A stretch of DNA of 35,429 nt, taken from positions 1 through 35,429 of the forward strand of contig JAFTXB010000207.1 in assembly GCA_017461825.1 (NCBI GenBank), read 5' to 3'. Below, piece by piece: positions 8,771 through 16,622 of this stretch (its first letter is position 1; the number at the start of each line of letters is the position of its first letter). Position numbers and translations under genes: made by a program. Below the pieces are notes generated by a model. It was not told where the DNA came from. It was given only the letters and a program-made list of their open reading frames with translations, and ran no database searches. Source of the stretch: Clostridia bacterium. Lineage in GTDB: Bacteria; Bacillota; Clostridia; Oscillospirales; CAG-272.

Positions 8771-10201
8771 ATGAAAAAAAGAACCTTTTTGGTTTTGTTG
8801 TGCTTTGTGTTGATGCTTACCACCTTATTAAGCGCGTGCAACAATGACAAGTATGACAAACAAGAGCAAACAACTGCAACAGTTGAAGAAACTGATGCGC
8901 CTACAGATCTTTTAGAGAAGGCATTGCCGAACAACATTGATTTTGGTGGACGCGAATTCGTAGCTTTGACCGAGTCTGACGGCGGATTACAGTTTAATAC
9001 CGAGGAGTTTGATGGAGATCCAGTTAACGAGGCAATGGTTACTCGAAACCTTTACATTTCCGAACGTTTCAACTGCGTTTTGACAACAGTTGAGGGAAAA
9101 GGTGATAAGCTGGAAGTTGCGCATCTAACCCAAGGTTCCGATTTTGATTTGGTTTGGCCTAATCCATTGTTTGTCGGTAGCTTTATGATCAAGGGAATGG
9201 TTACCGATTTGAAAACATTAGATTCCATCGATCTTACCGGTGAGTGGTGGAATCAAACTCACGTTGAAACGTGGACCTGTAATAACCACTTGTATGCTTT
9301 GGCAAGCGATGCCACCATTTTAGGGCAGGCGTTCGGTGCAATTGTGTATAATGTTGATGCTTATAAAGATCGTTTTTCGACAGACGATTTGTACGATGTG
9401 GTTTATGCGGGAGATTGGACGGTTGAAAAAATGGAAATCCTCGCCAAACAAGCATCCGCAAAGGTTGAAGGTGATGAAACCGGTAATTTTTACGGACTTG
9501 GCTTTTGGGAAAATCTTGCCTATGGAATGATGTACGGTATGGATGTGCGCTTGTTAAATCCGACATCAGACGGCAAATTTGAATTGGGCTATACCAATAC
9601 ATGCTTGACGGCAATTGCAGAAGGAATTGCTTCTTTGATTTATAATCCCGAAATCAATATTTTGAGCAAATACGGTGGAAGTGCAGATGCAACTGCATCA
9701 AACTTCTTTAACGCGTTCTGCGGAGGCAATTGTTTGTTTATGACCTGGGATGTTGGCTCTATGTACCAACATTTACGAGATTTGGATTTTGAAATCGGTT
9801 ATTTGCCAAATCCGAAATTGAATGAAGAACAAAATGATTACCGTGTTATGTGTTCTTCCGGTCAAATGCTCATTCCCTACTATGTAAAAGATGCAGAGCA
9901 GGCAGGCACGATCTTCAATGCACTGGGCGTTTGCTCTTATTTAGAAATCAGACCTACATATATCAACAAGGTTCTGCTTGGTAGGCTTTCTAAGCAGGCG
10001 GAACACTTTGAAATGCTGCAATTTATGCATAATAGCAAGTTTTGGGACATCGGTCTTTCGTTTGATACCACAAACGAAGCAAGAGATATTATCTACAACA
10101 CAGTGATTAAAAGTGGTACTCCTTCTGCAGTAATCGTTTATATGAAAGGACACGCATCTGCTTTTGAAACAATCGTAGAATACGCAAACAAAATCAATTA
10201 A
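8771..10201 (+). CDS. Lipoprotein, probable extracellular solute/glycan-binding protein (ABC SBP-like)
   Basis: GGAGG RBS. MKKRTFLVLLCFVLMLTTLLSAC is a signal peptide plus lipobox. The 476-aa size and composition are typical of Firmicutes sugar-binding lipoproteins. I cannot name a diagnostic motif by eye, so the family call is soft. Confidence 0.45.
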   Translation: MKKRTFLVLLCFVLMLTTLLSACNNDKYDKQEQTTATVEETDAPTDLLEKALPNNIDFGGREFVALTESDGGLQFNTEEFDGDPVNEAMVTRNLYISERFNCVLTTVEGKGDKLEVAHLTQGSDFDLVWPNPLFVGSFMIKGMVTDLKTLDSIDLTGEWWNQTHVETWTCNNHLYALASDATILGQAFGAIVYNVDAYKDRFSTDDLYDVVYAGDWTVEKMEILAKQASAKVEGDETGNFYGLGFWENLAYGMMYGMDVRLLNPTSDGKFELGYTNTCLTAIAEGIASLIYNPEINILSKYGGSADATASNFFNAFCGGNCLFMTWDVGSMYQHLRDLDFEIGYLPNPKLNEEQNDYRVMCSSGQMLIPYYVKDAEQAGTIFNALGVCSYLEIRPTYINKVLLGRLSKQAEHFEMLQFMHNSKFWDIGLSFDTTNEARDIIYNTVIKSGTPSAVIVYMKGHASAFETIVEYANKIN

Positions 10202-10371
10202 TTTCTGATCTTTCAATAAAAGGGAGATAAATCGGCTTGCAAACAAGCCGCAGGATGGTTGGTAAGTTGGGCAAGCTTTCCAACTCATCTTAACCAAAGC
10301 ACCCCAAAGGAGTGGAACGGCGTGCTTGTCGTTTCGAATTCCAAACAAAAAATAAACAAGGAGAAAAGACA

Positions 10372-12108
10372 ATGAAAAAATTACTTTCGGCTACTCTTGC
10401 CGTAATCATGATGCTTTCCATGTTGGCACTTCCTGTAGTGGCAACAGAAAGCACAGAGCCCGTTATTGGGTATTCCGCAGACTTGGTAGATCCGGTCGTT
10501 TTGACCGATATTACCAATATCGAAGGCGTTACTACGCTTAGTGAAAGCGCATATAAAATCGATTCGGTTGAAGGTATGAATAATTTTGCCGAATTGACGA
10601 AAAAGAACAACTTTGAAGGCATCACTGTTTATTTGGACGATGACATTATATACGGTGATTCCGATGAATGTAAACCTATTGCAACTGTTTCCAGCTGCTT
10701 CTTCCAAGGAACCTTTGACGGACAAGGTCACACTATCAGCAATTTTAAATATACTGCTGCATCGGGAAGACTTGGTTTGCTCTTCTTTGCAGCGGGTGCA
10801 ACCATTCAAAACCTTAAATTGGACAGTACATGTTGCTTTACCATGACGGGCGCAAGTGCTGACGGCGTAAGTTCTGTGGTAGGTATGGTTTCTACAGTGG
10901 GCGGTGTCGTAAGACCTACTACAGTTAAAAATATTTCTTCTGCGGCAACTGTTATTGCGGCTACTTCGCAAAAAGTTGCAGGTATAGTTGGCTATAAGGC
11001 AGGTGCGCAGGGATTGAACGTTGAAAATTGCGAATATATTTCAACCGCAACTGTAAACGTTAAGCAATCTTCGGGTGGTATTCTCGGATTTTCCGAGCAT
11101 GAGGGTGCAATAAGCATCCAAAATTGCAAAAACACTACATCGTTTGCTGCTACAAATACCGATGTTGCAGGAATGATTGGTCTTTCCAACGCTCCTATAA
11201 GTGTAATTGAAAATTGTGTCAATACGGGTACCATGACTTCCACTCATCAGTCTGCCGGTATCATCGGAAAATATGCATATAACGCGGCGTTCACAATTTC
11301 CAATTGTATCAATGAAGGAACTATCGGTACTGCCGCAACATCGGAGTTCTGCGGCGGTATCTTGGGACAAAATTCATCTACTGCAGCGATTACTATTATT
11401 AATTGTACAAACAATGGTGTTGTGCAAGGTAAAAACTATCTCGGCGGTATTGCCGGTTGGTTTGCAAAAAGCGGTTCTTCTATAAACGGATGTAGTAACT
11501 ACGGTGCAATTACCGCTTCGAATGCTTTTGTAGGCGGTATTTTAGGTGGTTCAGGTGCTGTTGCTACAGTTAACAATTGTGCTAACTACAAGAAAGTTAC
11601 TTTGAATCACGCTACGAATACATCTATCGGAGATATTACAGGCAGAGAAGACGCAAGCTATGTAACCGTAACAAACTCTCCTGCAAGAGCATGGACCCGC
11701 GCTATACAAAAGGGCGAAGCTTATAACAAGCAGGGGGATACTGAACACGTTTACCAAGATATCCGCGTGATTGGTATTATCGATTCTTTGAACTATGAAA
11801 AAGTAGGCTTTGAAATCGTTGCAAAGGATAAAAACGGAGAAACTGTACAAACCATCAATTTGGATTGCAATTATGTTTACGAAAGCCTTGTTGCAGTCAC
11901 CGACGGAGTGGAAGATACCATTACCGCAAATGATGATCGCAAAGGCGGTTACTACTTTGCTGTTGTAATTCAGGGCGTCCCCGCTGCCTACGAGCAATTG
12001 ACCTTTGAAATCAAGACCTACACGATTGCTAACGAGGCATCGGAAAAGCTTTACGGTGCAAGTGGAACCGTTACCGTTGAACTGGATCAAGAAGTAAAAA
12101 AAAATTGA
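10372..12108 (+). CDS. Secreted GLUG-motif repeat protein (beta-helix-like); paralog 1 of 2
   Basis: The start is set at MKKLLSATLAVIMMLSMLALPVVA (signal peptide; AAGGAG RBS). The head segment FQGTFDGQGHTISNF is followed by at least 8 repeats of about 25 aa of the form NC-x-N-x-G-x-(7-12)-GG-I-(L/I/A)-G (SSGGILG, VAGMIG, SAGIIG, CGGILG, LGGIAG, VGGILGG). Confidence 0.7.
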   Translation: MKKLLSATLAVIMMLSMLALPVVATESTEPVIGYSADLVDPVVLTDITNIEGVTTLSESAYKIDSVEGMNNFAELTKKNNFEGITVYLDDDIIYGDSDECKPIATVSSCFFQGTFDGQGHTISNFKYTAASGRLGLLFFAAGATIQNLKLDSTCCFTMTGASADGVSSVVGMVSTVGGVVRPTTVKNISSAATVIAATSQKVAGIVGYKAGAQGLNVENCEYISTATVNVKQSSGGILGFSEHEGAISIQNCKNTTSFAATNTDVAGMIGLSNAPISVIENCVNTGTMTSTHQSAGIIGKYAYNAAFTISNCINEGTIGTAATSEFCGGILGQNSSTAAITIINCTNNGVVQGKNYLGGIAGWFAKSGSSINGCSNYGAITASNAFVGGILGGSGAVATVNNCANYKKVTLNHATNTSIGDITGREDASYVTVTNSPARAWTRAIQKGEAYNKQGDTEHVYQDIRVIGIIDSLNYEKVGFEIVAKDKNGETVQTINLDCNYVYESLVAVTDGVEDTITANDDRKGGYYFAVVIQGVPAAYEQLTFEIKTYTIANEASEKLYGASGTVTVELDQEVKKN

Positions 12109-13340
12109 TTGAAAATTATCGGATAGAGCTGAGCGACGAGACTGTAATTGTTACAGGTGCCGGTACACAGCAAGAATTGGGAGATGGCCCTTACAATTTT
12201 ACAAAGGCTTGCTACACAACAAACGGTCACATTTTTGTAGAGTGGGGAATGGGAAAAGATGATCCTGATGACCCTACTCAATTGGCAGGAGAAAAATATG
12301 CCGTTTCCGAAGATGGGGGTAAAACATGGCGCAAAATGACAGATGCGGATATTCCCGTAACAGATGTCACTTTGCCTGATGGTGATCTGTTTGCTTTTTT
12401 CAATAGCGAACCGAACATCAGCAATCCATCTTGGCTTTCGTCCTATCAAAAACAAGTGGTTGATGTTGCAAATGCATCGTTCAATGTTTACTTTGCAGAA
12501 GACATTGCCGAATTCGGCGGTGATACCGTTGCTTTTAACAAGATCGATCCTGATACCGATGAAAAACAAACTGTAAATGCCACCTTTCATTGGCCTTATA
12601 TGCCTATGGTAGTAGGTGACGAGGACAATCTTGTAAGAAGTCTTTCCACTTGGATCACGTTAGGCAATTGGCACGGTATGATTGAAAAGAACGGTGTACT
12701 GTACTTTTGTTTGTATAGTCCCGGTTTTGATTCCTCTGCACAAACAAAGGAAGAGGCTGTGATGAAATACAGCGAGTTTTACAGCACCTATATTTTTAAA
12801 TCCACCGATGGCGGTGCCAATTGGTACTATCTATCGCAAATTTCGGTGGATGATGACATCTACTTCGCGCGTAACAAATCAAACACTTCGTTTGACGGAT
12901 TTTGCGAACCGATGATGGAAGTTATGCCGGACGGCTCTGTTGTCATGTTGATGCGTACCGGAAAAGACCAACCTTCCTATCTCGTCCGCTCTACCGATAA
13001 CTGCAAAACATGGAGTAAGCCCCAAAAGTTTGATGACGTTGGAGTGCTTCCTCAAATCTTGACCTTAAATTGCGGTGTTACGCTTGCAAGTTACGGTCGA
13101 CCGGGGTTGTTCCTCAATTCCACTGGAGATTCACAAGGTCTCATTTGGAATATTCCCATGGAGATACCCATGACAAACCCCAATGTTACAACCCCATCTT
13201 GTTATTACACTTATTTGTTGCCGCTGAGCGACACAACCGCACTAATGGTATATACCGATAACTATTATCCTAATGCAAGCGGTAATCCCAGAAAGACGGT
13301 TCTTGCCCGTGTAATCAGCGTGATTATTACAGATGAGTGA
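12105..13340 (+). CDS. BNR/Asp-box beta-propeller (sialidase-fold) protein, no signal peptide; paralog 3 of 3
   Basis: A TTG start at 12105 overlaps the upstream TGA (tTGA, 12105-12108). The N-terminus MIENYRIELSDETVIVTGAG aligns with MIKRKFHLDLGEPTIVVRGQ of paralog 2. Motifs: VSEDGGKTWR, STDGGANW, STDNCKTWSKP, FCEPMMEVMPDGSVVMLMRTG, GVLPQ, ASYGRPGLFL. Confidence 0.7.
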   Translation: MIENYRIELSDETVIVTGAGTQQELGDGPYNFTKACYTTNGHIFVEWGMGKDDPDDPTQLAGEKYAVSEDGGKTWRKMTDADIPVTDVTLPDGDLFAFFNSEPNISNPSWLSSYQKQVVDVANASFNVYFAEDIAEFGGDTVAFNKIDPDTDEKQTVNATFHWPYMPMVVGDEDNLVRSLSTWITLGNWHGMIEKNGVLYFCLYSPGFDSSAQTKEEAVMKYSEFYSTYIFKSTDGGANWYYLSQISVDDDIYFARNKSNTSFDGFCEPMMEVMPDGSVVMLMRTGKDQPSYLVRSTDNCKTWSKPQKFDDVGVLPQILTLNCGVTLASYGRPGLFLNSTGDSQGLIWNIPMEIPMTNPNVTTPSCYYTYLLPLSDTTALMVYTDNYYPNASGNPRKTVLARVISVIITDE

Positions 13341-13383
13341 CCAAGTTTTTCTTTATCATTATTTTATGAAAGGATATTCAATC

Positions 13384-13515
13384 ATGAAAAAAGAATATAT
13401 CTTGCCCGAAATGGATATTTGTTCCATTGACGAAGCAGACATTTTGACAGTTTCTCTTTTTAACAACCAAAATGATGCAAATCCCAAAGGGGATGTTCAC
13501 ATTTGGATTGCATAA
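13384..13515 (+). CDS. Small ORF, 43 aa (MKKEYILPEMDICSIDEADILTVSLFNNQNDANPKGDVHIWIA); function unknown
   Basis: ATG at 13384, 9 nt after AAAGGA. It fills most of an otherwise empty 240-bp gap between two co-oriented genes. No signal peptide. Acidic N-half. Confidence 0.35.
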   Translation: MKKEYILPEMDICSIDEADILTVSLFNNQNDANPKGDVHIWIA

Positions 13516-13580
13516 GATTACCCAATATAGGCTATGAGGCTTTATGCCTTGGTAAAGAAACAGCTCAAAGGAGAAAAAAC

Positions 13581-14978
13581 ATGAAAAAATTCTTATCCGT
13601 ATTTCTTACACTCACTCTCGTTCTTGTACTTGCCGTTCCTGTGTTTGCAGCCGGGAGTACATCCGATAATGTTGTCGGTTATTCTGCTGATCGAATAGAA
13701 AAAGTTTCCGATTGGTCCGCTATCCCCGATATTATGAGGTACGATGATTTCGCAAAGAATCCCGAAGCATACAAAATTTTGAATGCCGATGGCTTGAGAA
13801 AGCTGATTGAAGTGGTAAATCTTGGAGATACAATGCAAGGTGTTACCATCTATCTTGCTTATGACATTGATATGACCAGCGATAAGCCGTACACCCCCAT
13901 CGGTTACAACCGTAGTTTCGAATTCAAAGGTACGCTTGACGGTCAAGGTCATGTCATCGATAATATGAAGATTATTCCCCATGGTCATGATAACACCTCC
14001 GGTTCAATTGGCGGTGGTTTGATCGGCTACGGCTTGGGTTGTACCGTTAAGAATCTGATTCTCGGCAGCAACGTTACCGTTACCTGCACCAACAAAAAGG
14101 TGGAGGGCAGACTGGGTGGGATCATCGGCAATATGCAGGGGGGCCTTGTTGATAACTGCTATGTACTTGCTACCATCAACGGTACGCGCTATACAGGCGG
14201 TATCGTCGGCTTTACCGATTCCAAAGAGATGGAAACCGTTCAAAACTGCACCTTTGGCGGTACGGTTACCGACATAGAGCGCGGTCCTGGCGGAATTTTG
14301 GGTCTTGCTTCTCAAGATGCAACCAGAGTTACCAATTGTCGCAACACAGGAACTGTTATTTCTCAATCTGCAACGGCATCCCAGTGGAATACCATAGCCG
14401 GCGGGATTGTAGGTCGCTGCTGGGCAGCGGATTTGGTGATCACCGGATGCATCAATAACGGAACCGTTACAGGTATGACTTATGCCGGAGGTATCTTAGG
14501 CGCACAGCAGATCAAAGATGCCGAGATCGTTGATTGTATCAACTATGGAACTGTCACCACTACACATACGTTTAGCGATGCTGATACCGAGAACGGTATT
14601 TTGGGACAAGGGGCGATTGATATTAATGTTACTTTGACCAATTGTGTGGATAAAGTCGGACAAACCGATCCAACTCTTTCCACTGTTCCCACAGTAACTC
14701 CTTATTATCCCACCCAAGCGGAAATTGATGCCGCTCACGGTAAGAAGGAAGAGGATACAACTGTTACCGAGGAAAATACTACCGATCCCGAAGATAATGA
14801 AACCACAGCTTCAAATAAGGATAACGATACGACGGAATCCACCGATAAGACAGAGGCCGTGACCACGGGTTCCTCTGCAGATGATAACAAGGGAGGCTGC
14901 GCATCGGTATTTAATGGTATGGCTGTAATTCTGTTAACAGCAGGCGCAGGGCTCGTTTTTGTCAAGAAAAAGCACTAA
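13581..14978 (+). CDS. Secreted GLUG-motif repeat protein with a T/E/D-rich stalk and a C-terminal Cys-TM-KKKH anchor; paralog 2 of 2
   Basis: The start is set at MKKFLSVFLTLTLVLVLAVPVFA (signal peptide; GGAGAAAA RBS). The head FKGTLDGQGHVIDNM matches the 10372 protein. GLUG-type repeats: LGGIIG, YTGGIVG, PGGILG, AGGIVG, YAGGILG. The tail is ...SSADDNKGGCASVFNGMAVILLTAGAGLVFVKKKH. Confidence 0.7.
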   Translation: MKKFLSVFLTLTLVLVLAVPVFAAGSTSDNVVGYSADRIEKVSDWSAIPDIMRYDDFAKNPEAYKILNADGLRKLIEVVNLGDTMQGVTIYLAYDIDMTSDKPYTPIGYNRSFEFKGTLDGQGHVIDNMKIIPHGHDNTSGSIGGGLIGYGLGCTVKNLILGSNVTVTCTNKKVEGRLGGIIGNMQGGLVDNCYVLATINGTRYTGGIVGFTDSKEMETVQNCTFGGTVTDIERGPGGILGLASQDATRVTNCRNTGTVISQSATASQWNTIAGGIVGRCWAADLVITGCINNGTVTGMTYAGGILGAQQIKDAEIVDCINYGTVTTTHTFSDADTENGILGQGAIDINVTLTNCVDKVGQTDPTLSTVPTVTPYYPTQAEIDAAHGKKEEDTTVTEENTTDPEDNETTASNKDNDTTESTDKTEAVTTGSSADDNKGGCASVFNGMAVILLTAGAGLVFVKKKH

Positions 14979-14990
14979 ACACTTTTTACC

Positions 14991-15018
14991 GCAAGGGACT
15001 TCCGGGGAAGTCCCTTGC
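14991..15018. other. Perfect GC-rich hairpin between the GLUG gene and the aldolase gene
   Basis: gcaagggacttc / gaagtcccttgc, with a T-run on the 5' side and an A-run on the 3' side. There is therefore no U-tail for plus-strand termination. It may act as an RNA-stability or processing element. Confidence 0.4.
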
Positions 15019-15059
15019 AAAAAAAGACATCACCAATATACAAAGGAAAAAACCACATT

Positions 15060-15935
15060 ATGAAATTTGAAGGTGTTATGCCGGCGCTGATCACGCCGAT
15101 GACAAAAGAAGGAAAACTGAACAAACCGGTTTTGAAGAAATTGATTGAGGATCTGATCGCGCAGGGGGCCGACGGTTTTTATATCGGCGGTGCTACCGGA
15201 GAGGGCATTGTCATCAGCACAGATCTGCATAAGGAATTGACTCGCGAATCAATTGCTATTGTAAACGGTCGTATTCCCTGTATCGTACATGTTGCAAGAA
15301 TGAACTATCAAGAAACGCTTGACTTGGCACAGTATGCCGAGAGCGTTGGAGCCGTGGCTGTTTCTGCCATTCCTCCACTCTTTTATAAATACGGTGATGA
15401 CGGTATTTATGACTACTATAAGGGGCTTTGTGCCGCCGTTAAGATTCCGGTTGTCATTTACAACAACCCCAACACGGGTGTGACCTTTACTACCCCCTTG
15501 CTTGTCCGTCTGTTTTCAATTGAAAATTTGACGGCGATAAAGTGGACAAACTATGATTTTTCGTCGGTTCTGCAATTAAAGGATGTTGTCAAGGATGCAA
15601 ATATTATCAACGGTCCTGATGAGATGCTCATGGTTGGTCTTGCCGCGGGATGCGATGCTTGTATCGGTACGACCTACAATTTCCAACTTCCGCTAATCAA
15701 AAAAATCTACAATGCTTACCATGCAGGAGATATCGATCTTGCTCGTGAATTGCAAACAAAGGTTAGCAAAATTGTACAGGTAATGATTCCATGGAATGTT
15801 ATTATGTCCACAAAGCTGATCCTTTCTAAACAAGGATACGATGTCAATTATCCTATATATCCTATGCAGGCTTATACAAAAGAGCAAGAAGAACAACTCA
15901 TGAAAGAGTTGTTTGCCGCGGGATTAGAGCTGTAA
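15060..15935 (+). CDS. DapA/NanA-family class I aldolase, N-acetylneuraminate-lyase-like
   Basis: The start is set at MKFEGVMPALITPMT. Family blocks: DGFYIGGATGEG, VSAIPPLFYK, PVVIYNNPNTGV, the Schiff-base lysine context AIKWTN, and GPDEMLMVGLAAGCDACIGTTYNF, which resembles the NanA GFDEM...G-x-DGAIGSTYN block. Confidence 0.75.
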   Translation: MKFEGVMPALITPMTKEGKLNKPVLKKLIEDLIAQGADGFYIGGATGEGIVISTDLHKELTRESIAIVNGRIPCIVHVARMNYQETLDLAQYAESVGAVAVSAIPPLFYKYGDDGIYDYYKGLCAAVKIPVVIYNNPNTGVTFTTPLLVRLFSIENLTAIKWTNYDFSSVLQLKDVVKDANIINGPDEMLMVGLAAGCDACIGTTYNFQLPLIKKIYNAYHAGDIDLARELQTKVSKIVQVMIPWNVIMSTKLILSKQGYDVNYPIYPMQAYTKEQEEQLMKELFAAGLEL

Positions 15936-15942
15936 GAGATAA

Positions 15943-16479
15943 ATGGAACCAAAGATGATTGTCGGCCAGGTGATCGGTGCTTTGGTGACGGTGTTGTGCT
16001 TATTTACACCACATTTCAAGCGCAAATGGCAAATGGCGGCATCCGCCATTGTTGCGAATCTGCTATCGGCACTGAATTTTCTTTTATTGGGACAGGTTAG
16101 CGCATGTGCCATAGGGGTAGTTTCTGTGGTACAGGCAATTTTCTCCATTCGTCACGCCCGAAATGACACTTTGCCCACCAAAGCGGAAATCTGGTCGTTC
16201 GGTATCCTTTATATTTACGGAGGGTTGTTACCGTATTTGGTATCGGGAACACTTTCTGAGTTCCGTTTCTTAGATATGTTACCAATGCTTGCTGCGCTAC
16301 TATTTTTAGCCTATCTCTCACAAAAAGATGAACAGCGTATGCGCCTCTTTCTTTTGGGAAATGCAAGCATTTATTTAATTTACAATGCAATCATATTCAG
16401 CACACAATTTTTTGCGCAACTATTTACTGTTATTTCTGTGGTGGTTGCTATAATTCGTTACCGTAAAAAAACAAATTGA
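15943..16479 (+). CDS. YgjV-family small inner-membrane protein (about 5 TM)
   Basis: 178 aa and hydrophobic. The N-terminal pattern VGQVIGALVTVLCLFTPHFKRKWQMAASAIVANLLSALNFLLLG parallels E. coli YgjV (AQGVGVIAFLIGITTFFNRDERRFKKQLSVYSAVIGVHFFLLG, from memory). It begins 7 nt after the aldolase stop. The start could instead be the ATG at 15955. Confidence 0.55.
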   Translation: MEPKMIVGQVIGALVTVLCLFTPHFKRKWQMAASAIVANLLSALNFLLLGQVSACAIGVVSVVQAIFSIRHARNDTLPTKAEIWSFGILYIYGGLLPYLVSGTLSEFRFLDMLPMLAALLFLAYLSQKDEQRMRLFLLGNASIYLIYNAIIFSTQFFAQLFTVISVVVAIIRYRKKTN

Positions 16480-16485
16480 CTGGAG

Positions 16486-16524
16486 GGCTGTCTCAATAGT
16501 GGTTTCATCCCTGTTGAGACAGCC
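16486..16524 (+). terminator. Hairpin downstream of the YgjV-like gene
   Basis: ggctgtctcaa (16486-16496) pairs with ttgagacagcc (16514-16524). The U-tail is weak. Confidence 0.4.
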
Positions 16525-16622
16525 TTGAAAAATTTAGAGTATTTTATAAATGAAATTGCAAAAACTACCGAGTTGAATCGCGAGGTTGAAATTGTTTTTT
16601 CAGAAAATTAATAGGAGCGATT

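Noticed and set aside
9941-12590. Minus-strand ORFs of 110-196 aa (9941-10372, 10290-10625, 10381-10971, 11551-12090, 12087-12590) inside the SBP, GLUG and propeller genes.
   Set aside because: All are antisense to genes with signal peptides, repeats or paralog support. Their translations are Cys/Ser/Ile-rich mirror images of the GLUG repeats, without RBSs.
5676-13340. Naming the three propeller proteins as the canonical sialidase NanH.
   Set aside because: Asp boxes and fold-level blocks are present, but the N-terminal RIP arginine motif is not evident. Two paralogs lack export signals, and the rest of the nan pathway is missing. Only a fold-level call is supportable by eye.
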